From assembly GCA_051294375.1 (NCBI GenBank), contig CM119271.1:16064770-16128769 (forward strand): a DNA stretch of 64,000 bases. Direction: 5' to 3'. Shown piece by piece: positions 26,001 through 37,725 of the stretch. The notes below the pieces were generated by a model. The model did no database searches. It saw only the letters and a list, made by a program, of their open reading frames with translations, and was not told where the DNA came from. Both the position numbers and the translations under genes were made by a program. Source of the stretch: Paraspadella gotoi. Lineage: Eukaryota > Animalia > Chaetognatha. Within the stretch, counting starts at the first letter, position 1. Every line of letters starts with the position of its first letter.

Positions 26001-29000
26001 GTTCGATTTCGAAGACACGTTTTCGCACAATCTCGTGACGTACGAACAGAGACCCATCCCGGGAACCTTATTGATCGTGAGTGGAGGTTTGATGGATGAG
26101 GGTCGAGTCCAGGTTGTTAAGGGAATATTAATTACCAACTCATATGGTTAGATTGGAAAATATACTTTTTAAAACTACAAAAACATAAAATATGAAAACA
26201 AAAACATGAAATTTTATAATCTTAAAATAAATATAAGGAAGGAAATATTGATGCAATCAAGATGAGCTCCCTTGCATAAAAACGTTTACATTCCAAATCA
26301 CTCAAACGAGACAGAATGTAACTTTTACCATGCATGGAATATAAACCATAACCAAATACCTTTTTCCCATACATAAATTATTTAAAGTATTGATAATCAT
26401 AAATTTCCTACACTCTTGTGAATTATTACAATGATTTTACATGACATTAAGACATCTGTGAATTCAACCTTGGAAACGTGAGCGGATATGAACATGAAAA
26501 TAATTCCAAGTTTTCTCGAATGCTGCAATATTGTGGCAAGGTCTCGGAGTCCCGCCACAGCGTGACGAAGAGGGCGTGGCCACTGTTGAGTCACAGTCCT
26601 AAGATCTTGATGCCAAAGATAATCATCTCTTGGAACATATTGTTGCAGGGAAGGTGTGACGATGAATCCGAATTGATTGGTAATTGAATTGATTGATTTA
26701 ATTAAGTTTTTGTCATCAATAGGTAATTGATAATAATAATAATAATTAATAATCAATAATTAATTGCATCAGTAAAACATGTATTTCCACATGATAAGAA
26801 CCAGACTGATTTTAATCAGTAAACAATTCTTTAAGTAAACAATTTGTTTTATAGATTCAATACCAATGAGACATCTTCTGTTGAATAAGTTTGATTGCTT
26901 GAAAACAAAAGGTTTCTTATAAAATTTAGTTCTTGAGATTTAGAGATGAGGATGGTTGTGGTCGTCTGGTAGCTAAAGATTGGGAATCTTGGCTTCCCAG
27001 CGCTCGAGTTCGGGTTCGATCCCCGAAGCGGATAGATAATTTCTATAAATAGAAGTTTTCTTCTCGAGTTACCATAATATGCAAATAAGATTACAAAGAT
27101 ATATGTTAGAAATGATTGTTTCAGGAAGAATACGTCTACTACGCTCGACTGGGCGGACCCATCAACTTCACGGTGGACGACGAGGCTGGCCTCATGTCCA
27201 ATTGGATCAACTGTCGCGACTCTTCCGTCTGTCAGGCCAAACCCGACGAGAACTTTTTCCGCAACATCGGCACAGACGGTTTTATTTTAAAAATACAATT
27301 ATCATTATTCGTGAAATTAATTCACTTTTAAAAATACGATTTACTTTTTCTCAATTTATTATTTATCATTTCAGGAAATCAAAAGTTTTTGATAGAAAAT
27401 GGTCGATTAGAAATGTCGGTTACTGGCGGACGATGTGGGCGTGTCCCTTCCCGAAACGTTACGTCGGTGATAAGGTCTCGGGCTTTATTTCATGGCATAA
27501 AAATCTTTCAAATAAAGAGTGAATTATTGTATATAACTAGTTATAATTAATCAACATCATTATATAATTAATTAATTAATAAATACCTTTTCAGATTCTT
27601 TTGCGACCGTTCTCTATCCGGCCTCAAATTCTTTCCTCCACCCAAATTCGTCTACGAGTCTCAATCTTGCGATTACATCTTCGACTGGAGATTGCCTCAC
27701 GTCTGCATCACCCTGGATCCCGAGTTCGATGCCTCCACCACCACAACCACCACCACATCTACCACCACCACATCTACCACCACATCTACCACCACATCTA
27801 CCCCCGCCGCCACTCGCCCGTCGCCCTCCTCCACCCCAGGTACTTTTGTTATTTATTATATCTATGAAGGAAGTAGGCGTGGTTTATTACGGATAATTTA
27901 TTTTTATTTTATTTTTATTTATACGAATAAACGAGGAGATAATAATAATTGAGGGAGATTATGATGATTAAAACGATGGTTCAAAATACAAAGTAAACAG
28001 TTCATGAACTTGGGAATTTTGATGTTAGTTTCTTGAGGGCAAGTTGAAGACTGCCTCGTTTCTTCTCTCATCTCTCTACCGTCGATTCCGTGAGGGAAGC
28101 CACCTTCTCTGATTGGTCGAGAGAGAAGCCTCCTCTCTGATTGATCGAGAGAGAGGAAAAGGCAGAAAGCTAAGCGAGAAAAGCGAGACAAGATACACGA
28201 TCAATCAGTTTCCTGCGATGATATTATACTTAATGTTATTAATTATTAATATTATTTTTGAGGCGGAAAGAGGCGAGTGGAACCGAGCGAACACATTCTC
28301 CCCGCGACTCTCGCTTTCCTCTTGATCTTCGTCATCATGTTCGGCTTATTTCTCATCATCTCCGAAAATTTTCGGAACAAGGCGAGAGAGTCTATTTTTA
28401 AATATACCAAAGAATTTATTCAATATTCGTGTTAATTGAATACATAAATTTTAAAAAGTAAATAATTATTTGAAATATAGAAATCCTCCATCGTCAGGTT
28501 TTCGGCGTGCTCTACAAGATGGGTTGTCGTCGTCGTCCTCCGCCCGGAATGCCCGCCGAAGTCATCCGTCTCTCCACTCCGCGACGCGAAGCTTACTACG
28601 CGCATCTCGACGGCGGCGGCGGCGGCGCGGACGACGCCGCTGGCGCCGGTGCCGCCGACCCAGAAGGAGAGGAAGTTATGGTCGCCAGTGGAGGACAGAT
28701 TAGATTTTACGGAGGTAAGAGTGAAACTTGATTGTACGATTTTACGTTGCTTTATTATAAAATTAAACTAAATTTGTAAACGTTATGGCATCGCAGCCCA
28801 GTGCGCAGTTGCACTGTCATAAGGATGGAACTTTTTCTTTTCAGAAAAAAAATGATATGAATTTTACTCGTGTTTTTAACTTTTTTTTTTTTTTTTTAAA
28901 TTTTATTAGTCGTATTTTTCATAAAAAATAAATTATCAAATTACTAAAATAGAAACGAAGAGATAAATAAAGGGACTTATTGCTTAAAGAATAAACTGGA

Positions 29001-29660
29001 AATTCGTTTTAATAAATTTTTTAAAAGAGCACAAAAATATCATCAACGGAATGGACCTATAAACGGACTTGGTTGGCCTAGTGATGTGATTGCTCGTCTC
29101 CTTGAACCGTTTAATATTGTCATCACCTTTGTCTTAACCTTTGTCATCGTGTCATCGTTACCTATGTCATCACCCTAATCATTGTCCGTCATAAATAAAA
29201 CTATTGTCAACCAAATACTTTGCCACTTATTAATTACCCTCGTTATTTGACTAAACGTCAACGATATGTCAGCTGCTGCTTTTCTGGCTGCTTATTTCTG
29301 CTCCTCCTTCTGCTTTTCCTTTTCCTCTTCCTATTTGCCTCCTTCTTATTCAGACGATAAAACCTTTTTCAGTAACACTTATCTTTTTCTAAGCTTACTT
29401 TTTTATCGTAACGAGCTCGGACAGACAGACATAGTTTTTCCATGTCCAATAGACATTGTTCAATATCCGACGGGAGCAAAAATAGAACCAAAAAAATGCC
29501 GCGATTAATTTGACGCAATTAGAGATTGTTTTTGTTTAATCTTATCATCGTTACTTGTCATTGATCAGGTCCAGAGAGCGCCTCAGCCATCGCCGCTGGA
29601 GTCGGCCCCGACTCTGTCCACTACACTTCGCGAGGAGACGAAGCTTTTCTTATCAGCTGA
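20090..29660 (+). CDS. Cation-independent mannose-6-phosphate receptor-like (IGF2R/LERP-like) multi-MRH-domain membrane protein
   Basis: Hydrophobic signal segment; repeated MRH modules (IDLS/YDLS...INFCRP, LxYxNGxxC, TxIxFxC, CxYxxxWxTxxxC); Thr-rich stalk (~27736-27800); TM segment (TLAFLLIFVIMFGLFLII); cytoplasmic tail ending ...RGDEAFLIS-stop at 29658-29660. Confidence 0.88.
20985..21103 (+). repeat. Intronic repeat with an inverted partner at 29116-29262
   Basis: GGGTAATTA...GGCAAA.TATT.GGTTGACAA...TTATTTAT...GACAAAGGTGA matches the reverse complement of 29116-29262. Confidence 0.65.
23537..23609 (-). repeat. Most complete copy of a short hairpin repeat family carrying an ATGCAAAT-type motif
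   Basis: CTGCTACAAT-ATGTAAATGAGATTG-AAGAACT-CAATCTCATTT-...-CTGCTACAAT, with an 11-bp perfect stem. Partial copies at ~1717, 3646, 17270, 21612, 27077, 41740, 51310, 52791, 55920, 59055 and 63328. Confidence 0.75.
26960..27032 (+). repeat. Degenerate tRNA-like sequence (SINE head or tRNA pseudogene)
   Basis: GGTAGCTAAAGATTGG A-box-like and GGGTTCGATCCCC B-box motifs; no clean cloverleaf. Confidence 0.4.
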
Positions 29661-31491
29661 CGACGACGACAACAACAACAACAACCAAGCTAGGAAACGA
29701 TCTTCCTTTTTTTGTGTCACTCTTTTTAGAGCAAGATCTGCGATATTATCTGTTTTGTTGTGATACATACATATTTTAATTTACATTGTTACTTATTTCC
29801 TAATTCGCGGTGTTAAATTCGGTCATAGTTCCATATTTTTTGTGTGGGGCTCGCGTGTCGTAAAAAAATAACCAAGTTTATTTATTTTTCGTATTTATCA
29901 ATGTCTCGCGTTGATAAAAGGATTGTTTTTTACGGAAAAAAATGATAATGGCGCCGCGCGACTTGATTCATTTTCATCTCAATTCGCTCGTTTCAACTGT
30001 TGGCCGATCGATCCTTTAATTTATAAAGTGATTGATTGATTGATTGATCGATCGAATTTTATATTGTCCTCATTTTCAATTCGTGATCCCAACGATTTCT
30101 CTCACGCCTCACATTTTTTTTTTAATTTGTACTTCCGATTAAATCATGTGCTAATTTCTTCCGTTTGTTTTTACAGTTCTCACCTTTCACCATTTTTTGA
30201 CTGGCGCTTAAATGAACTTTATCTCGACTTCTATTTTAAATCGATTGTTAAATTGTGATCTCCCAATTTACGTCACCCCTCCTCTTCCAACCCCCCCCCC
30301 CGATTTTCCGGTGATTTGCGAAGATTACAAATCGATTTTTCTTTTCATCTCCGTCGGAATTTAATTTGCAGAGGTTCACGTTCGCGTAGCCAATCGTTGA
30401 GGGGAGGGTTGGGTTTGGGAAAGGGGAAAGGGGGAATAGGGTATGAAACGTGCCGCGGAGGAAGGCATGGCTTATGGAGAAGGATAAGCTCTATCATAGG
30501 GCGAAAGTATGGAAGACAGTGGAGGCGATTAGCCGATTACTTATACTCCTCTTCGTTTCACAAAGAATAGAAAGAAATTATGAAAAGCTTTTGCCGATCG
30601 GAACAAAAAATTCTGAAGCCGAGTCAACTTTTCGTAATCACCGTCCATTTCGTGATTCGTATTTTTATTATTATTTTATTATTAATTCTATTATTTTTTT
30701 AAGGGGAAAGAAGCGGGGCTGCTGCTTATACTAAACTCTTTAACTTAAAGTTGATCAGGAATGATATTGTAGACGTTGTTTCAGACTTAACTTTTTGATA
30801 CGTTTTAGATTAGAATCAAACGAATGATTTTGATAGCATAAATTCATCGAATAATAAAATGAAACGTGTTTAATTCGCTGGGGATTTGGGCTCAGAATTT
30901 CGTCGAAATTGGTTGATTCTTCCGTCGCCGACATCAATTTTCTTTTCCTCGCTTATTTTCGGTCTTCGGGAAAGAAGCGGCTTTCGCTGTCTGAGGGAAA
31001 AGACCTTTGACTTGAGCTCTGCTCTTTTCTATGCTTATAAATATATCAATAAACGAGCCAAAACCCTTTTTATTATTTAAATTATTTAGAGAAAACAATT
31101 TAGATAGAAACGACAAATTTGATTGACCGATGCACATAGGGTTTAACTGGGTCTTCGCTAGTTTCGCTATATCGCGATTTATTCATGTACCTTTCCTATC
31201 CTTTTCTTAATGTATTGTGATATAAAATGAAAAATACAAAAAAATATACAATAAATCATACTAAAATGAGATTTTATCCATTCATAATTTTCCCCCAACG
31301 CATCATCTCTCTCTCTCAAACGTTCCCAGTTAAAAAAAAAATCGGAGTTTCGTTAAATTGCGATTTTCTTGTTAAACCGTTGTCGCTGTTTCGCTAAACC
31401 CGGTCTTCGTTCCGACGAAGGTTGTAATCTAATATCTGAAGTCACCGACGCATCTGCCGACACAGTCGACGCCGCCGACGCAGACGTTGCC

Positions 31492-32401
31492 ATGTCGACG
31501 AAGAAGCCGATCCGCGCGGGGTCGTCGGACCCGGCCGTCCAGAAAATCATCAAGGCGGAGAGACGCATCGAAGAGACTCCGTTCGACATCGAAGCTTGGA
31601 ACGTCCTCATCAGAGATGCGCAGACCAAGAAGATCGAGGAGGCCAGGCATCTCTTCGAGAGACTCGTCAATCAGGTTGGTTCAAAGGAGCGCGAAAAGGA
31701 AAGAAGAGCTAACATAATAACATTAACTTAAAATTTGAACCGATCGATCCTGGATCTGAGGATACCACGTACAAATTACTTTAACTTTTATTTTATTCAT
31801 CAAAGACAAATCCATCTCAACACCCTTACAGGAAATTGACTGTTTATCAATGGTAATAAATAGTTAAGTTTCTCGAAATTACCTTCTCTATTTAACTAAT
31901 TATCAACCTTTTATAAAATGATAATTATCCCCAACCACTGCTCGAAACAGTTTGACCTTTGACCTCCTTCGTCCTCCCAGTTCCCAACCTCGGGTCGATT
32001 CTGGCGACTCTACATCGAGTGCGAGATGCGATATCATCAATACGAGAAAGTGGAAAAGCTTTTCCAACGCTGCCTCATTAAAGTCTTAAACATCGATTTG
32101 TGGAAATGTTATCTCAACTACGTCAAGGAGACTAAAGGTATTTGGTGGGCGGTGGAAGTGGTCACTCTCGAGGATGTATATCGCGAGTGTTAATTTGTTG
32201 GGAAAGGAGTCCCTGATGGCTTCGCCGATTAAAAGGTATCTGGAAGTGTATTTTAAACGTTCAATAAAAATTACTTTTTCCACAACAATGATGTCATTTT
32301 TCCAAACAAAAATTCGATATGACCGGCGTAAATAAAACCATCGAATAACCAATCAGAAGACGAGTTTACAAAAATCGCGTCCATTTTCTTTTCTTGATTC
32401 C

Positions 32402-32462
<61 letters not shown>

Positions 32463-35400
32463 GATCTCTCCCTTCCTATCGCGAGAAGATGGCGCAGGCC
32501 TACGACTTCGCGCTGGACAAGATGGGGATGGACGTCCACGCCTACCAGATTTGGGTGGATTACATCGAGTTTCTCAAAGGAGTTGAGGCCGTCGGGACAT
32601 ACGCCGAGAATCAGAGGATCACAGGTTGTTGTTGTTGTTGTTGTGTATTGCGGGTTGACCTCGTCTTCGGCTTCCGTGTCCACCCCAGAAAACAATTAAT
32701 ACGGTTTATAACTTTGTTTGATAGTTATTTAATAATATTGTTTATTTAATCCTCGCGACTCTTGTCGCAGCCGTGAGAAAAGTGTATCAACGCGGATGTT
32801 TGACGCCGATGGGCGGAGTCGAATCACTGTGGAAAGATTACTGTGCCTACGAGAACGGAGTCAACCCTCTCATCGCTAAGAAGATGATCGACGACAGGTT
32901 TTTTTTAATTTTTTTGAGGGGCATCGAGGGCATCGAGTTTAGGGTATCCACTTTTCTTTTTGGGGCATCAACAAGTTTCGAGCACTCGGTTTCGATCTCA
33001 GGTCACGTGATCACATGAACGCCCGACGCGTCGGCAAAGAGTTGGAGGTCATCACGAAAGAGTTGAATCGGAATCTCCCGGGTTTGTTGATCGATATTGA
33101 TGAATATTTGAACTTACCTTTTTATTTAATTAATATTTTTTTCACTTACTTTATCCTATATTTTTCCTTCAGCCACTCTCCCCAACGGTTCGCCCGAGGA
33201 ACGACGTCAGATGGAGAATTGGAAAAAATACATCGAATGGGAAAAAGGAAATCCTCTTCGGTGCGAAGATCAGGCGACCATCGCCAGGCGCGTCATGTTC
33301 GCCGTCGAACAGGCGCTGCTCGTTTTGCCGCATCACCCGGACATCTGGTAGTAGTGGGATCGGCTTGTTGGCTGTCGAGTTTGGAGAGTGATACCCCTTC
33401 TTAATACAGGGTTATTCTTGTTAACCGACTCTCTCTTTTAGGTACGAAGGAGCCGTATTCCTCGAGCACGCGGCCAAGACCTCCGGCGAGAAGGGAGACG
33501 TGAAGACGAGCGCTCAGTTGGCCGAAGACGCGGCGGCTCTTTACGAACGCGCCCTCGCCGGATTCATGAAGAAGAACATGCTCGTCCACTTTGCCTTTGC
33601 CGACTACGAGGAGGGAAGGATGAAATATCAAAAGGCTCATCAGGTTTAAGAAGAAGAAGAAGAAGAAGAAGAGATCGATGGTTTCTTTTTCCTTTTATTT
33701 CGATCGTCGATGACTGGGTAATGGGTAATGGGTAAGGAATTCTTATCCTTATCATAACATTTTTTCCCCAGATTTATAATTCGTTTTTGGAAACTCCCGA
33801 CGTTGATCCTACTCTAGCTTATATTCAATACATGAAGTTTGCTCGGCGTTCCGAGGGTAAGTTTATTATTTTTGACTTATTAAGTAGTAAACTGAATTTC
33901 TATCGTCAGTTGTTAATATTTATCTGATATTTTTTTTTATTCAATCTCCTCGTAGAGATAAAAAGTCATTAAGTCCTTTACGAAGTCGATTGCTCTTTTT
34001 GGAGAATCAAAAATTTGATCCTCAGGTATCAAAGCCGGACGCTCCGTCTTCAAAAAAGCGCGCGAGGATCCGCGATCCAAGTTTCACGTTTTCGTCGCCG
34101 CCGCCCTCATGGAATATTATTGCAGCAAGGATAAACAAGTTCGTTCTTCTGGATTCAATTTTTTGGGTTTCAGAAACTGGCTTTAGATTAGTAGTTCGGT
34201 TGTCGGTAATTCGCCGTTTTAAGTTTCCCATTAGTTCTCCGCGTGGCCTTCAAGATTTTCGAGTTGAGGTTATAACGTCACAGCGGTTTTCATTCGTTGA
34301 TTCATTCATTTATTCATTCGTTCATTCATTCATTCATTCGTTCGTTCTCCAGGTGGCCTTTAAGATCTTCGAGTTGGGGTTGAAACGACACAGCGACAAC
34401 GCGGACTTCATTCTCGCTTACATCGATTATCTCTCTCATTTGAACGAAGAGAACAACACGAGGGTTTTGTTCGAGAAAGTCCTTACGTCAGGAAGGTTGG
34501 ATGATATCAATACCGTCAATGTGTATAATATATAAAATGAATTATCTTTGGTTGCGATTATTAATGGCAGCGGTGGAGATTTCCCGTGAACCTGGGGCGC
34601 GAGTTATCTTACCAACTGGCATAAGGGGCTACGGAACCTCAGTAAAAGCCTTCTGTCACTTGCATGTATAAAACCGTCCGGTCACATTCCAGCCAAAACG
34701 GTATCTCGTGGATTAAACCAGGGACATTATGATTTAGCCCCCTCAGCCATTGAGACGAATCTCCTTGACTTAGTTGGGCTCAGCATTTCTTCAGCATCAA
34801 TCCCTCGGGCGTATTACTTTTCAGCATTCTTCTCTCCTACGTATTTCTCTTCAGCATTTCAGCGGAAAAGTCCTACGAGATCTGGAGCAAATTTTTAGAG
34901 TTCGAATCTTCGGTCGGCGATTTGACTTCTTTGCTGAAGATCGAGCGACGACGAGCGAAAGTCTTAGAGACGAAGAAGGAAATCTCGGAGACGACGTTGC
35001 TCGTCGATCGATATAAATATCTCGATCTCTTTCCCGTCTCAACCACTGAACTTAAGGTTGTTCCTTTAATTTTTATCATTATTACCTAGTATAATTTTGT
35101 AATATTTAATTTTATTCAGGCTCTGGGCTGGCAAGACTTTGGCTCTAAATCCGGCGCCGCCTCCGTCGCCGCGACCTCGGCGGCGTCGTCCGCGCTGGCC
35201 GGGGTCGTCGAAGAGACAGTCGCGGCTCCGACCGGCGCCTCTTTTAGCATCGTTAGACCCGATCTGAGTCAGATGGTGAGGGCGAGAGATATTCGGTTAG
35301 CGAGAGAGGGAGTTAATTTGTTTCGTTTCTAATCAAGGTTCCCTTCAAGCCGAAACGGTCCGTCCCCGCTGGTCTCAACCCGATCCCTGGCGGAGAATTT

Positions 35401-35913
35401 CCCCCTCCACCTCTGGCAGCCGCTCTCCTCTCTTCCCTCCCTCCCCCGCAGTGTTTCGTCGGCCCTTTCGTCATCGTAGACAAAATGTGTGAAGCTCTGA
35501 AGGAATGGCGACTTCCCGACGAGAACGGCGACTCCGCCGCCCCCGCACCCGCCGCAGCCTCCAACGCAGCCGACCGTAAATCCGCTTCCCCCGTCAAAGG
35601 CGGCTCAGCAGCTCGACAGAGATCCGCGTCTCCGCCGCCGCCGCCGCCGCCGCCGCCCCCTCCCGTCGCGGAAGCCGAGGACACAGATTTCCAGCCTGAC
35701 TTTGCCAAACTTCCCATCCTCGACCCGAACCTCATGTCCGGCTACGGAGACCGGAAACGACGCGCCGGATCCCTTAATTATCCCGGCGCCGGATTGAGCA
35801 GGTCGCGAGGAGGCGGCGGCGGCAGGGACGCCGATTCGGACGACGACGACGTCTCCGCGCCGCCGGTCAAGGACATCTATCGGGCGAGACAGATGCAGAA
35901 GAAGTCGCGATGA
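31492..35913 (+). CDS. CSTF3: Cleavage stimulation factor 77 kDa subunit (suppressor of forked)
   Basis: [81 protein letters not shown]...[20 protein letters not shown]-terminal [11 protein letters not shown]. Confidence 0.97.
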
Positions 35914-36514
35914 AAACGCGCAATGGGAAGACAGATGCAGACAGATGACAAAAGAGGAAGTGACATCCTCGATTAGTAAAGGAAAAAACTTTTTAGGAAA
36001 ACCTTTTTTTTTTTATTCATTTTTTTTTATCGCCACTGATTTTTTTTTTTTTTTAATGTAATTTCTTCTGCCGTTTAATTTGGCGTGTATTGTTTGATTC
36101 CATTGTTTGTGCAATCGCGCATCCTTTTCTCATCCGCACATCCGCGTTCCACGATGAATTGATGATGGTTCCTCCATCTTTTGACTCATTTTCCCCTTTC
36201 GTATATCAATTAATTTTTTTTTAGCAAAATTGAAAAGTTTATTTTTAGAAGCGAAAAAGAGTTGTTTGTTTCTCAGACTAGTTTACGGTAGCTGAAGTCT
36301 TTACCGTCGAGTTTATTTCATTTTCTCTTATTCTTATTTAACAGTCGCCGCGAGAAAGAAAGTTGGGGTTTATTCTTTAGTTCTTCCTTTATTCTCGTTT
36401 CGGCGGCGCCTCAAGTTGTAGAATCGTCAAATTTTTGCCTCGTTGATCGTAATAGATAGATATCAGTTTATTGACAATAAACGGAATTCGTTCGAGTTAC
36501 GTTTTGAATTAACA

Positions 36515-36516
36515 AT

Positions 36517-36548
<32 letters not shown>

Positions 36549-37357
36549 GTCTGAACGAGATTCCAGAAGAAATTCAAGAAAGTCTCGAAAATTTCGATTC
36601 CGCGTTGGGAGAGATGGAGGACCTTCTCGGTAATTATTAATTATACTTTTTACAAATATAGACATAAGTTTAAATTAAAATAAATACCCAAAAAGAGATC
36701 GTTTGATATCGGATACAAATAATTTTTTTTCCCGGATTGTGGACGCAGGAGTCCAGTTCTCCGTCCCTCACAGCAAATTGGCCGAGAGACTGACCCCAAT
36801 GGAGCGCGCCAAGCTGGACCTGGCCAACGCTTACGCTCTTAACTCCATCTTCTTTCAATATCTCAACACCAGAGGAGTCTCCATCAAGGATCACCCTTTA
36901 AAGGTGGGCTTTTTTTTTTACGGATCTACATGATTTGAAATAATGATTTGAATTTTAATCGGTTATTCATAGTCTGAGTTGGCAAGAATCAAAATCTGCA
37001 TGGATCGAGTGAAGGAAGTCGAAGAGAAAAAGAAGGCGCCGCGACTTGACAAGGAGGCGGCCAAGCGGTTCGTCCGGAGTTCTTTGTGGCAGCAGGTAAG
37101 GGGTGGACCATGAGTGATTAATAAGTGATAAGACTAGAAATAATTGTTGTAAAATGGAGAATAAGAACTAATATCAACCTCCGAAACAAAAATAAAATGT
37201 TTGAAGTTCATTACCACAATACGTAAATGAGATTTAGAGACTCGATATCCTTCAAGATTATTTCGTGGTTTTTCAGGCTCAGTCCAAGTCGCACAAGACG
37301 GAGCGAGGTGTCGACGACGCTGACGAATCTTCTCCGGCTAAAAAGACTAAACTTTAA
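36515..37357 (+). CDS. C1D: Nuclear nucleic acid-binding protein C1D (Rrp47/Sas10 family)
   Basis: Four exons: ...LTPMERAKLDLANAYALNSIFFQYLNTRGVSIKDHPLKSELARIKICMDRVKE...LDKEAAKRFVRSSLW. Stop TAA at 37355-37357. Confidence 0.93.
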
Positions 37358-37725
37358 TTTGTCGCCGATTTTTGTTATTTTTATTTTAGATTCAGATGTT
37401 ACATTCATGTTATATTGTTGCTATTATTGTTACCCAATCGTGAAATTCGATTATCCGGCGTGGTTGACTTCGTTTTTTTGACTAATTATTTTGGCCGATA
37501 CATACATATTTGTTTTGTAATAATTATTTTTTGTTTAACACATAATTGAAACAATTGTATCGTTATTCATTAGGCTTTTCTGTCGTGTTCATTCCTTAAA
37601 AAAAGTTTTCGCGCCGAAATTCTTTAAATTTCTCACTTTTGTTGTCCTTTCACAGATATTTTCTCTTCGTGATTAATGTTGACTTTTCTTTCACATTTTG
37701 ACCGAATTTGATCGTGGATCTAAGG

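Noticed and set aside
26397-26756. Possible nested antisense gene in an M6P-receptor intron
   Set aside because: Moderately complex sequence, but no recognisable motif or convincing splice structure; it may be a TE fragment.
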